In this document: positions 30,401 to 47,100 of the stretch, in pieces | How the letters are laid out: each line of letters starts with the position of its first letter | Numbering within the stretch: the first letter of the stretch is position 1 | Assembly (NCBI RefSeq): GCF_009914755.1 | Contig: NC_060927.1 | From: the human T2T-CHM13v2.0 reference genome, Homo sapiens | DNA: 64,000 bases | Reading direction: 5' to 3' (one strand) | Notes under the pieces: generated by a model | Seen by the model: only the letters and a program-made list of their open reading frames with translations | The model's database searches: none | Told to the model about the DNA's origin: nothing | Translations under genes and position numbers: made by a program

Positions 30401-33400
30401 AATATGAAAGTACATCAAATATATATTTTATTCTGTACATAAAATGTCAAAGTACACCAGATATATATTCTATAGTGTACATAAAATATCAAAGTACCCA
30501 AACTATACATTATATACTGTACATAAAACATGAAATTACATCAAATATATATTAAGTACATAAAATACGAAAGTACATCAAATATAGATTATATAGTGTA
30601 CATAAAATATCAATGTACACCAAATATATATTATATACTCTACATGAAATATCAAAGTTCACAAACTATATATTATATACTGTCCATAAAATATCAAAGT
30701 ACCCAAGGTATATATTTTATACTGTACAAAAAATATCAAAGTACCCAAAGCATGTATTATATACTATACCTAAAATATGAAAGTACATCAAATATATATT
30801 TTATTCTGTACATAAAATATCAAAGTACACCAGATATATATTCTACAGTGTATATAAAATATCAAAGTACCCAAACTATACATTATATACTGTACATAAA
30901 ATATGAAATTACATCAAATATATATTATATTAGGTACATAAAATATGAAAGTACATGAAGTATAGATTATATACTGTACATAAAATATCAAAGTACCCCA
31001 AATTTATATTATATACTCTACATGAAATATCAAAGTTCACAAACTATATATTATATACTGTACATAAAATATCAAAGTACCCAAGGTATATATTCTATAG
31101 TGTACAAAAAATATCAAAGTACCCAAAGCATGTATTATATACCGTATGTAAAATATAAAATTATATCAAATATATATTTTATTCTGTACATAAAATATCA
31201 AAGTACACCAGATATATATACTATAGTGTACATAAAATAACAAAGTACCCAAACTATACATTATACACTGCACATAAAATATGAAATTACATCTAATATA
31301 TATTAGGTACATAAAATATGAAAGTACATCAAATATAGATTATATACTGTAAATATAATATCAATGTACCCCAAATATATATTTTATACTCTACATGAAA
31401 TATCAAAGTTCACAAACCATATATTATATACTGTACATAAAATATCAAAGTACCCAAGGTATATATTCTATACTGTACAAAAAATATCAAAGTACCCAAA
31501 GCATGTATTATATACTGTACATAAAATATGAAAGTACATCAAATATATATTTTATTCTGTACATAAAATATCAAAGTACACCAGATATATATTCTAAAGT
31601 GTACATAAAATAACAAAGTACACAAACTATAAATTATATCCTGTACATAAAATATGAAATTACATCAAATATATATTAGGTACATAAAATATGAAAGTAC
31701 ATCAAATATAGATTATATACTGTACATTAAGTACCAAAGTACACCAAATATATATTTTATTCTGTACATAAAATATCAAAGTACACCAGATATATATTCT
31801 ATAGTGTACATAAAATATCAAAGACCCAAACTATACATTATATACTGTACATAAAATATGAAATTACAGCAAATATATATTATATTAGGTAAATGAAATA
31901 TGAAAGTACATCAAATATAGATTATATACTGTACATAAAATATGAAAGTACCCCAAATATATATTATATACTCTACATGAAATATCAAAGTTCACAAATT
32001 ATATATTATATACTGTACATAAAATATCAAAGTACCCAAGGTATATATTCTATACTGTACAAAAAATATCAAAGTATCCAAAGCATGTATTATATACTGT
32101 ATATAAAATATGAAAGTACATCAAATATATATTTTATTCTGTACATAAAATATCAAAGTACACCAGATATATATTCTATAGTGTACATAAAATATCAAAG
32201 TACCCAAACTATACATTATATACTGTACATAAAATATGAAATTACAGCAAATATATATTATATTAGGTACATAAAATATGAAAGTACATCAAATATAGAT
32301 TATATACTGTACATTAAATACCAAAGTACCCCAAATATATATTTTATACTGTACATGAAATATCAAAGTTCACAAATTATATATTATATACTGTACATAA
32401 AATATCAATGTACCCAAGGTATATATTCTATACTGCACAAAAAATATCAAAGTACCCAAAGCATGTATTATATACTGTATATAAAATATGAAAGTACATC
32501 AAATATATATTTTATTCTGTACATAAAATATCAAAGTACACCAGATATATATTCTATAGTGTACATAAAATATCAAAGTACCCAAACTATACATTATATA
32601 CTGTACATAAAATATGAAATTACATCAAATATATATTATATTAGGTACATAAAATACGAAAGTACATCAAATATAGATTATATACTGTACATAAAATATG
32701 AAAGTACCCCTATATATATTATATACTCTACATGAAATATCAAAGTTTACAAACTATATATTATGTACTGTACATAAAATATCAAAGTACCCAAGGTATA
32801 TATTCTATACTGTACAAAAAATATCAAAGTACCCAAAGCATGTATTATATAATGTACATAAAATATGAAAGTACATCAAATATATATTTTATTCTGTACA
32901 TAAAATATCAAAGAACACCAGATATATATTCTATAGTGTACATAAAATATCAAAGTACCCAAACTATACATTATATACTGTACATAAAATATGAAATTAC
33001 ATCAAATATATATTATATTAGGTACATAAAATATGAAAGTACATCAAATATAGATTATATACTGTAAATATAATATCAATGTACCCCAAATATATATTTT
33101 ATACTCTACATGAAATATCAAAGTTCACAAACCATATATTATATACTGTACATAAAATATCAAAGTACCCAAGGTATATATTCTATACTGTACAAAAAAT
33201 ATCAAAGTACCCAAAGCATGTATTATATACTATACCTAAAATATGAAAGTACATCAAATATATATTTTATTCTGTACATAGAATATCAAAGTACACCAGA
33301 TATATATTCTACAGTGTACATAAAATATCAAAGTACCCAAACTATACATTATATACTGTACATAAAATATGAAATTACATCAAATATATATTATATTAGG

Positions 33401-33486
33401 TACATAAAATACGAAAGTACATCAAATATAGATTATATACTGTACATAAAATATCAAAGTACCCCAATATATATTATATACTGTAC

Positions 33487-34279
33487 ATGAAATATCAAAG
33501 TTCACAAACTATATATTATGTACTGTACATAAAATATCAAAGTACCCAAGGTATATATTCTATACTGTACAAAAAATATCAAAGTACCCAAAGCATGTAT
33601 TATATAATGTACATAAAATATGAAAGTACATCAAATATATATTTTATTCTGTACATAAAATATCAAAGTACACCAGATATATATTCTATAGCGTACATAA
33701 AATATCAAAGTACACAAACTATACATTATATACTGTACATAAAATATGAAATTACATCAAATATATATTATATTAGGTAAATGAAATATGAAAGTACATC
33801 AAATATAGATTATATAATGTACATAAAATATGAAAGTACATCAAATATATATTTTATTCTGTACATAAAATATCAAAGTACACCAGATATATATTCTATA
33901 GTGTACATAAAATAACAAAGTACACAAACTATAAATTATATCCTGTACATAAAATATGAAATTACATCAAATATATATTAGGTACATAAAATATGAAAGT
34001 ACATCAAATATAGATTATATACTGTACATTAAGTACCAAAGTACACCAAATATATATTTTATTCTGTACATAAAATATCAAAGTACACCAGATATATATT
34101 CTATAGTGTACATAAAATATCAAAGTACCCAAACTATACATTATATACTGTACATAAAATATGAAATTACATCAAATATATATTATATTAGGTAAATGAA
34201 ATATGAAAGTACATCAAATATAGATTATATACTGTACATAAAATAGCAAAGTACCCCAAATATATATTATATACTGTAC
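33487..34279 (+). repeat. 793-bp 19-mer HOR variant
   Basis: Spacing is 793 = 19x42-5. The unit runs m1-m8, jumps back to m4 at about 33820, then follows the 14-mer-type tail. Confidence 0.75.
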
Positions 34280-37200
34280 ATGAAATATCAAAGTTCACAA
34301 ACTATATATTATGTACTGTACATAAAATATCAAAGTACCCAAGGTATATATTCTATACTGTACAAAAAATATCAAAGTACCCAAAGCATGTATTATATAA
34401 TGTACATAAAATATGAAAGTACATCAAATATATATTTTATTCTGTACATAAAATATCAAAGAACACCAGATATATATTCTATAGTGTACATAAAATATCA
34501 AAGTACCCAAACTATACATTATATACTGTACATAAAATATGAAATTACATCATATATATATTAGGTACATAAAATATGAAAGTACATCAAATATATATTT
34601 TATTCTGTACATAAAATATCAAAGTACACCAGATATATATTCTATAGTGTACATAAAATAACAAAGTACACAAACTATAAATTATATACTGTACATAAAA
34701 TATGAAATTACATCAAATATATATTAGGTACATAAAATATGAAAGTACATCAAATATAGATTATATACTGTACATATAATATAAATGTACCCGAAATATA
34801 TATTTTATACTCTACATGAAATATCAAAGTTCACAAACCATATATTGTATACTGCACATAAAATATCAAAATACCCAAGGTATATATTCTATACTGTACA
34901 AAAAATATCAAAGTACCCAAAGCAGGTATTATATACTGTACATAAAATATGAAAGTACATCAAATATATATTTTATTCTGTACATAAAATATCAAAGTAC
35001 ACCAGATATATATTCTATAGCGTACATAAAATATCAAAGTACACAAACTATACATTATATACTGTACATAAAATATGAAATTACATCAAATATATATTAT
35101 ATTAGGTACATAAAAGATGAAAGTACATCAAATATAGATTATATACTGTAAATATAATATCAATGTACCCCAAATATATATTTTATACTCTACATGAAAT
35201 ATCAAAGTTCACAAACCATATATTATATACTGTACATAAAATATCAAAGTACCCAAGGTATATATTCTATACTGTACAAAAAATATCAAAGTATCCAAAG
35301 CATGTATTATATACTGTATATAAAATATGAAAGTACATCAAATATATATTTTATTCTGTATATAAAATATCAAAGTACACCAGATATATATTCTATAGCG
35401 TACATAAAATATCAAAGTACACAAACTATACATTATATACTGTACATAAAATATGAAATTACATCAAATATATATTATATTAGGTACATAAAATATGAAA
35501 GTACATCAAATATAGATTATATACTGTAAATATAATATCAATGTACCCCAAATATATATTTTATACTCTACATGAAATATCAAAGTTCACAAACCATATA
35601 TTATATACTGTACATAAAATATCAAAGTACCCAAGGTATATATTCTATACTGTACAAAAAATATCAAAGTACCCAAAGCATGTATTATATACTGTACATA
35701 AAATATGAAAGTACATCAAATATATATTTTATTCTGTACATAAAATATCAAAGTACACCAGATATATATTCTATAGTGTACATAAAATATCAAAGTACCC
35801 AAACTATACATTATATACTGTACATAAAATATGAAATTACATCAAATATATATTATATTAGGTAAATGAAATATGAAAGTACATCAAATATAGATTATAT
35901 ACTGTACATAAAATATGAAAGTACCCCAAATATATATTATATACTCTACATGAAATATCAAAGTTCACAAACTATATATTATATACTGTACATAAAATAT
36001 CAAAGTACCCAAGGTATATATTCTATACTGTACAAAAAATATCAAAGTATCCAAAGCATGTATTATATACTGTATATAAAATATGAAAGTACATCAAATA
36101 TATATTTTATTCTGTACATAAAATATCAAAGTACACCAGATATATATTCTATAGTGTACATAAAATATCAAAGTACCCAAACTATACATTATATACTGTA
36201 CATAAAATATGAAATTACAGCAAATATATATTATATTAGGTACATAAAATATGAAAGTATATCAAATATAGATTATATACTCTACATTAAATACCAAAGT
36301 ACCCCAAATATATATTTTATACTGTACATGAAATATCAAAGTTCACAAACTATATATTATATACTGTACATAAAATATCAATGTACCCAAGGTATATATT
36401 CTATACTGCACAAAAAATATCAAAGTACCCAAAGCATGTATTATATACTGTATATAAAATAGGAAAGTACATCAAATATATATTTTATTCTGTACATAAA
36501 ATATCAAAGTACACCAGATATATATTCTATAGTGTACATAAAATATCAAAGTACCCAAACTATACATTATATCCTGTACATAAAATATGAAATTACATCA
36601 AATATATATTATATTAGGTACTTAAAATACGAAAGTACATCAAATATAGATTATATACTGTACATAAAATATGAAAGTACCCCAATATATATTATATACT
36701 CTACATGAAATATCAAAGTTCACAAACTATATATTATGTACTGTACATAAAATATCAAACTACCCAAGGTATATATTCTATACTGTACAAAAAATATCAA
36801 AGTACCCAAAGCATGTATTATATAATGTACATAAAATATGAAAGTACATCAAATATATATTTTATTCTGTACATAAAATATCAAAGAACACCAGATATAT
36901 ATTCTATAGTGTACATAAAATATCAAAGTACCCAAACTATACATTATATACTGTACATAAAATATGAAATTACATCATATATATATTAGGTACATAAAAT
37001 ATGAAAGTACATCAAATATATATTTTATTCTGTACATAAAATATCAAAGTACACCAGATATATATTCTATAGTGTACATAAAATAACAAAGTACACAAAC
37101 TATAAAATATGTACTGTACATAAAATATGAAATTACATCAAATATATATTAGGTACATAAAATATGAAAGTACATCAAATATAGATTATATACTGTACAT

Positions 37201-38741
37201 ATAATATCAATGTACCCGAAATATATATTTTATACTCTACATGAAATATCAAAGTTCACAAACCATATATTGTATACTGCACATAAAATATCAAAATACA
37301 CAAGGTATATATTCTATACTGTACAAAAAATATCAAAGTACCCAAAGCAGGTATTATATACTGTATATAAAATATGAAAGTACATCAAATATATATTTTA
37401 TTCTGAACATAAAATATCAAAGTACACCAGATATATATTCTATAGTGTACATAAAATATCAAGGCACCCAAACTATATATTATATACTGTACATAAAATA
37501 TGAAATTACAGCAAATATATATTATATTAGGTACATAAAATATGAAAGTACATCAAATATAGATGATATACTGTACATTAAATACCAAAGTACCCCAAAT
37601 ATATATTTTATACTGTACATGAAATATCAAAGTTCACAAACTATATATTATATACTGTACATAAAATATCAATGTACCCAAGGTATATATTCTATACTGC
37701 ACAAAAAATATCAAAGTACCCAAAGCATGTATTATATACTGTATATAAAATATGAAAGTACATCAAATATATATTTTATTCTGTACATAAAATATCAAAG
37801 TACACCAGATATATATTCTATAGTGTACATAAAATATCAAAGTACCCAAACTATACATTATATACTGTACATAAATATGAAATTACATCAAATATATATT
37901 ATGTTAGGTACATAAAATATGAAAGTACATGAAGTATAGATTATATACTGTAGATAAAATATCAAAGTACCCCAAATTTATATTATATACTATACATGAA
38001 ATATCAAAGTTCACAAACTATATATTATATACTGTACATAAAATATCAAAGTACCCAAGGTATATATTCTATAGTGTACAAAAAATATCAAAGTACCCAA
38101 AGCATGTATTATATACCGTACATAAAATATAAAATTACATCAAATATATATTTTATTCTGTACATAAAATATCAAAGTACACCAGATATATATACTATAG
38201 TGTACATAAAATACCAAAGTACCCAAACTATACATTATACACTGTACATAAAATATGAAATTACATCAAATATATATTAGGTACATAAAATATGAAAGTA
38301 CATCAAATATAGATTATATACTGTAAATATAATATCAATGTACCCCAAATATATATTTTATACTCTACATGAAATATCAAAGTTCACAAACCATATATTA
38401 TATACTGTACATAAAATATCAAAGTACCCAAGGTATATATTCTATACTGAACAAAAAATATCAAAGTACCCAAAGCATGTATTATATACTGTACATAAAA
38501 TATGAAAGTACATCAAATATATATTTTATTCTGTACATAAAATATCAAAGTACACCAGATATATATTCTATAGTGTACATAAAATATCAAAGTACCCAAA
38601 CTATACATTATATACTGTACATAAAATATGAAATTACATCAAATATATATTAGGTACATAAAATATGAAAGTACATCAAATATAGATTATATACTGTACA
38701 TATAATATCAATGTACCCCAAATATATATTTTATACTCTAC

Positions 38742-41100
38742 ATGAAATATCAAAGTTCACAAACCATACATTATATACTGTACATAAAATATCAAAGTAC
38801 CCAAGTTATATATTCTATACTGTACAAAAGATATCAAAGTACCCAAAGCATGTATTATATACTGTATATAAAATATGAAAGTACATCAAATATATATTAT
38901 ATACTGTACATAAAATATCAAAGTACACCAGATATATATTTTATAGTGTACATAAAATATCAAAGTACCCAAACTATACATTATATACTGTACATAAAAT
39001 ATGAGATTACATCAAATATATATTATATTAGGTACATAAAATATGAAAGTACATCAGATATAGATTATATACTGTACATAAAATATCAAAGTACCCCAAA
39101 TATATATTATATACTCTACATGAAATATCAAAGTTCACAAACTATATATTATATACTGTACATAAAATATCAAAGTACCCAAGGTATATATTCTACACTG
39201 TACAAAAAATATCAAAATACCCAAAGCATGTATTATATACTGTATATAAAATATGAAAATACATTAAATATATATTTTATTCTGTACATAAAATATCAAA
39301 GTACACCAGATATATATTCTATAGTGTACATAAAATAACAAAGTACACAAACTATAAATTATATACTGTACGTAAAATATGAAATTACATCAAATATATA
39401 TTAGGTACATAAAATATGAAAGTACATCAAATATAGATTATATACTGTACATATAATATCAATGTACCCCAAATATATATTTTATACTCTACATGAAATA
39501 TCAAAGTTCACAAACCATACATTATATACTTTCCATAAAATATCAAAGTACCCATGGCATATATTCTATACTGTACAAAAGATATCAAAGTACCCAAAGC
39601 ATGTATTATATACTGTACATAAAATATGAAAGTACATCAAATATATATTTTATTCTGTACATAAAATATCAAAGTACACCAGATAAATATTCTATAGTGT
39701 ACATAAAATATCAAAGTACCCAAACTATATATTATATACTGTACATAAAATATGAAATTACATCAAATATGTATTATATTAGGTAGATAAAATATGAAAG
39801 TACATCAAATATAGATTATATACCATACATAAAATATCAAAGTACCCCAAATATATATTATATACTATACATGAAATATCAAATATCACAAACTATATAT
39901 TATATACTGTACATAAAATATCAAAGTACCTAATGTATATATTCTATAGTGTACAAAAAATATCAAAGTACCCAAAGCATGTATTATATACTGTACATAA
40001 AATATAAAAGTACATCAAATATATATTTTATTCTGTACATAAAATATGAAAGTACACCAGATATATATTCTATAGTGTACATAAAATATCAAAGTACCCA
40101 AACTATACATTATATACTGTACATAAAATATGAAATTACATCAAATATATATTATATTAGGTACTTAAAATATGAAAGTACATCAAATATAGATTATATA
40201 CTGTACATAAAATATCAAAGTACCCCAAATATATATTATATACTCTACATGAAATATCAAAGTTCACAAACTATATATTATATACTGTACATAAAATATC
40301 AAAGTACCCAAGGTATATATTCTATACTGTACAAAAAATATCAAAGTATCCAAAGCATGTTTTATATACTGTATATAAAATATGAAAGTACATTAAAGAT
40401 ATATTTTATTCTGTACATAAAATATCAAAATACACCAGATATATATTCTATAGTGTACATAAAATAACAAAGTACACAAACTATAAATTATATACTGTAC
40501 ATAAAATATGAAATTACATCAAATATATATTAGGTACATAAAATATGAAAGTACATCAAAGATAGATTATATACTGTACATATAATATCAATGTACCCCA
40601 AATATATATTTTATACTCTACATGAAATATCAAAGTTCACAAACCATACATTATATACTGTACATAAAATATCAAAGTACCCAAGTTATATATTCTATAC
40701 TGTACAAAAGATATCAAAGTACCCAAAGCATGTATTATATACTGTATATAAAATATGAAAGTACATCAAATATATATTATGTACTGTACATAAAATATCA
40801 AAGTACACCAGATATATATTTTATAGTGTACATAAAATATCAAAGTACCCAAACTATACATTATATACTGTACATAAAATATGAGATTACATCAAATATA
40901 TATTATATTAGGTACATAAAATATGAAAGTACATCAGATATAGATTATATACTGTACATAAAATATCAAAGTACCCCAAATATATATTATATACTCTACA
41001 TGAAATATCAAAGTTCACAAACTATATATTATATACTGTACATAAAATATCAAAGTACCCAGGGTATATATTCTATACTGTACAAAAAATATCAAAATAC
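38742..41100 (+). repeat. Divergent HSat1A subfamily with an 1880-bp five-unit super-HOR (378+373+378+378+373)
   Basis: The unit with CCAAGTTATA/AAAAGAT/TCAGATA recurs at 38742 and 40622, 1880 bp apart. The same five unit types recur in cyclic order at 48470-50349. Confidence 0.8.
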
Positions 41101-44100
41101 CAAAAGCATGTATTATATACTGTATATAAAATATGAAAGTACATCAAATATATGTTTTATTGTGTACATAAAATATCAAAGTACACCAGATATATATTCT
41201 ATAGTGTACATAAAATATCAAAGTCCCCAAACTATACATTATATACTGTACATAAAATATGAAATTACAGCAAATATATATTATATTAGGTACATAAAAT
41301 ATGAAAGTACATCAAATATAGATTATATACTGTACATTAAATACCAAAGTACCCCAAATATATATTTTATACTGTACATGAAATATCAAAATTCACAAAC
41401 TATATATTATATACTGTACATAAAATATCAATGTACCCAAGATATATATTCTATACTGCACAAAAAATATCAAAGTACCCAAAGCATGTATTATATACTG
41501 TATATAAAATATGAAAGTACATCAAATATATATTTTATTCTGTACATAAAATATCAAAGTACACCAGATATATATTCTATAGTGTACATAAAATATCAAA
41601 GTACCCAAACTATACATTATATACTGTACATAAAATATGAAATTACATCAAATATATATTATATTAGGTACATAAAATACGAAAGTACATCAAATATAGA
41701 TTATATACTGTACATAAAATATCAAAGTACCCCAATATATATTATATACTGTACATGAAATATCAAAGTTCACAAACTATATATTATGTACTGTACATAA
41801 AATATCAAAGTACCCAAGGTATATATTCTATACTGTACAAAAAATATCAAAGTACCCAAAGCATGTATTATATAATGTACATAAAATATGAAAGTACATC
41901 AAATATATATTTTATTCTGTACATAAAATATCAAAGAACACCAGATATATATTCTATAGTGTACATAAAATATCAAAGTACCCAAACTATACATTATATA
42001 CTGTACATAAAATATGAAATTACATCATATATATATTAGGTACATAAAATATGAAAGTACATCAAATATATATTTTATTCTGTACATAAAATATCAAAGT
42101 ACACCAGATATATATTCTATAGTGTACATAAAATAACAAAGTACACAAACTATAAATTATATACTGTACATAAAATATGAAATTACATCAAATATATATT
42201 AGGTACATAAAATATGAAAGTACATCAAATATAGATTTTATACTGTACATATAATATCAATGTACCCGAAATATATATTTTATACTCTACATGAAATATC
42301 AAAGTTCACAAACCATATATTGTATACTGCACATAAAATATCAAAATACCCAAGGTATATATTCTATACTGTACAAAAAATATCAAAGTACCCAAAGCAG
42401 GTATTATATACTGTACATAAAATATGAAAGTACATCAAATATATATTTTATTCTGTACATAAAATATCAAACTACACCAGATATATATTCTATAGTGTAC
42501 ATAAAATATCAAAGTACCCAAACTATACATTATATACTGTACATAAAATATGAAATTACATCAAATATATATTATATTAGGTACATAAAATACGAAAGTA
42601 CATGAAATATAGATTATATACTGTACATAAAATATCAAAGTACCCCAATATATATTATATACTGTACATGAAATATCAAAGTTCACAAACTATATATTAT
42701 ATACTGTACATAAAATATCAAAGTACCCAAGGTATATATTCTATAGTGTACAAAAAATATCAAAGTACCCAAAGCATGTATTATATACCGTACATAAAAT
42801 ATAAAATTACATCAAATATATATTTTATTCTGCACATAAAATATCAAAGTACACCAGATATATATACTATAGTGTACATAAAATATCAAAGTACCCAAAC
42901 TATACATTATACACTGTACATAAAATATGAAATTACATCAAATATATATTAGGTACATAAAATATGAAAGTACATCAAATATAGATTATATACTGTAAAT
43001 ATAATATCAATGTACCCCAAATATATATTTTATACTCTACATGAAATATCAAAGTTCACAAACCATATATTATATACTGTACATAAAATATCAAAGTACC
43101 CAAGGTATATATTCTATACTGTACAAAAAATATCAAAGTACCCAAAGCATGTATTATATACTGTACATAAAATATGAAAGTACATCAAATATATATTTTA
43201 TTCTGTACATAAAATATCAAAGTACACCAGATTTATATTCTATAGTGTATATAAAATATCAAAGTACCCAAACTATACATTATATACTGTACATAAAATA
43301 TGAAATTACATCAAATATATATTATATTAGGTACATGAAATATGAAAGTACATCAAATATAGATTATATACTGTACATAAAATATGAAAGTACCCCAAAT
43401 ATATATTATATACTCTACATGAAATATCAAAGTTCACCAACTATATATTATATACTGTACATAAAATATCAAAGTACCCAAGGTATATATTCTATACTGT
43501 ACAAAAAATATCAAAGTATCCAAAGCATCTATTATATACTGTATATAAAATATGAAAGTACATCAAATATATATTTTATTCTGTACATAAAATATCAAAG
43601 TACACCAGATATATATTCTATAGTGTACATAAAATATCAAAGTACCCAAACTATACATTATATACTGTACATAAAATATGAAATTACAGCAAATATATAT
43701 TATATTAGGTACATAAAATATGAAAGTACATCAAATATAGATTATATACTGTACATTAAATACCAAAGTACCCCAAATATATATTTTATACTGTACATGA
43801 AATATCAAAGTTCACAAATTATATATTATATACTGTACATAAAATATCAATGTACCCAAGGTATATATACTATACTGCACAAAAAATATCAAAGTACCCC
43901 AAGCATGTATTATATACTGTATATAAAATATGAAAGTACATCAAATATATATTTTATTCTGTACATAAAATATCAAAGTACACCAGATATATATTCTATA
44001 GTGTACATAAAATATCAAAGTACCCAAACTATACATTATATACTGTACATAAAATATGAAATTACATCAAATATATATTATATTAGGTACATAAAATACG

Positions 44101-47100
44101 AAAGTACATCAAATATAGATTATATACTGTACATAAAATATCAAAGTACCCCAATATATATTATATACTGTACATGAAATATCAAAGTTCACAAACTATA
44201 TATTATGTACTGTACATAAAATATCAAAGTACCCAAGGTATATATTCTATACTGTACAAAAAATATCAAAGTACCCAAAGCATGTATTATATAATGTACA
44301 TAAAATATGAAAGTACATCAAATATATATTTTATTCTGTACATAAAATATCAAAGAACACCAGATATATATTCTATAGTGTACATAAAATATCAAAGTAC
44401 CCAAACTATACATTATATACTGTACATAAAATATGAAATTACATCATATATATATTAGGTACATAAAATATGAAAGTACATCAAATATATATTTTATTCT
44501 GTACATAAAATATCAAAGTACACCAGATATATATTCTATAGTGTACATAAAATAACAAAGTACACAAACTATAAATTATATACTGTACATAAAATATGAA
44601 ATTACATCAAATATATATTAGGTACATAAAATATGAAAGTACATCAAATATAGATTATATACTGTACATATAATATCAATGTACCCGAAATATATATTTT
44701 ATACTCTACATGAAATATCAAAGTTCACAAACCATATATTGTATACTGCACATAAAATATCAAAATACCCAAGGTATATATTCTATACTGTACAAAAAAT
44801 ATCAAAGTACCCAAAGCAGGTATTATATACTGTACATAAAATATGAAAGTACATCAAATATATATTTTATTCTGTACATAAAATATCAGAGTACACCAGA
44901 TATATATTCTATAGCGTACATAAAATATCAAAGTACACAAACTATACATTATATACTGTACATAAAATATGAAATTACATCAAATATATATTATATTAGG
45001 TACATAAAATATGAAAGTACATCAAATATAGATTATATACTGTAAATATAATATCAATGTACCCCAAATATATATTTTATACTCTACATGAAATATCAAA
45101 GTTCACAAACCATATATTATATACTGTACATAAAATATCAAAGTACCCAAGGTATATATTCTATACTGTACAAAAAATATCAAAGTACCCAAAGCATGTA
45201 TTATATACTGTACATAAAATATGAAAGTACATCAAATATATATTTTATTCTGTACATAAAATATCAAAGTACACCAGATATATATTCTATAGTGTACATA
45301 AAATATCAAAGTACCCAAACTATACATTATATACTGTACATAAAATATGAAATTACATCAAATATATATTATATTAGGTACATGAAATATGAAAGTACAT
45401 TAAATATAGATTATATACTGTACATAAAATATGAAAGTACCCCAAATATATATTATATACTCTACATGAAATATCAAAGTTCACAAACTATATATTATAT
45501 ACTGTACATAAAATATCAAAGTACCCAAGGTATATATTCTATACTGTACAAAAAATATCAAAGTATCCAAAGCATGTGTTATATACTGTATATAAAATAT
45601 GAAAGTACATCAAATATATATTTTATTCTGTACATAAAATATCAAAGTACACCAGATATATATTCTATAGTGTACATAAAATATCAAAGTACCCAAACTA
45701 TACATTATATACTGTACATAAAATATGAAATTACAGCAAATATATATTATATTAGGTACATAAAATATGAAAGTACATCAAATATAGATTATATACTGTA
45801 CATTAAATACCAAAGTACCCCAAATATATATTTTATACTGTACATGAAATATCAAAGTTCACAAACTATATATTATATACTGTACATAAAATATCAATGT
45901 ACCCAAGGTATATATTCTATACTGCACAAAAAATATCAAAGTACCCAAAGCATGTATTATATACTGTATATAAAATATGAAAGTACATCAAATATATATT
46001 TTATTCTGTACATAAAATATCAAAGTACACCAGATATATATTCTATAGTGTACATAAAATATCAAAATACCCAAACTATACATTATATACTGTACATAAA
46101 ATATGAGATTACATCAAATATATATTATATTAGGTACATAAAATATGAAAGTACATCAAATATAGATTATATACTGTACATAAAATATCAAAGTACCCCG
46201 AATATATATTATATACTCTACATGAAATGTCAAAGTTCACAAACTATATATTATATACTGTACATAAAATATCAAAGTACCCAAGGTATATATTCTATAC
46301 TGTACAAAAAATATCAAAGTACCCAAAGCATGTATTATATACTGTATATAAAATAAGAAAGTACATTAAATATATATTTTATTCTGTACATAAAATATCA
46401 AAGTACACCAGATATATATTCTATAGTGTACATAAAATAACAAAGTACACAAACTATAAATTATATACTGTACATAAAATATGAAATTACATAAAATATA
46501 TATTAGGTACATAAAATATGAAAGTACATCAAATATAGATTATATACTGAACATATAATATCAATGTACCCCAAATATATATTTGATACTCTACATGAAA
46601 TATCAAAGTTCAGAAACCATACATTATATACTGTACATAAAATATCAAAGTACCCAAAGTATATATTCTATACTGTACAAAAAATATCAAAGTACCCAAA
46701 GCATGTATTATATACTGTACATAATATATGAAAGTACATCAAATATATATTTTATTCTGTACATAAAATATCAAAGTATAGGAAATATATATTCTATAGT
46801 GTACATAAAATATCAAAGTACCCAAACTATACATTATATACTGTACATAAAATATGAAATTACATCAAATATATATTAGGTACATAAAATATGAAAGTAC
46901 ATCAAATATAGATTATATACTGTACATAAAATATCAAAGTACCCCAAATATATATTATATACTCTACATGAAATATCAAAGTTCACAAACTATATATTAT
47001 ATACTGTACATAAAATATCAAAGTACCCAAGGTATACATTCTATACTGTACAAAAAATATCAAGGTACCCAAAGCATGTATTATATACTGTACATAAAAT

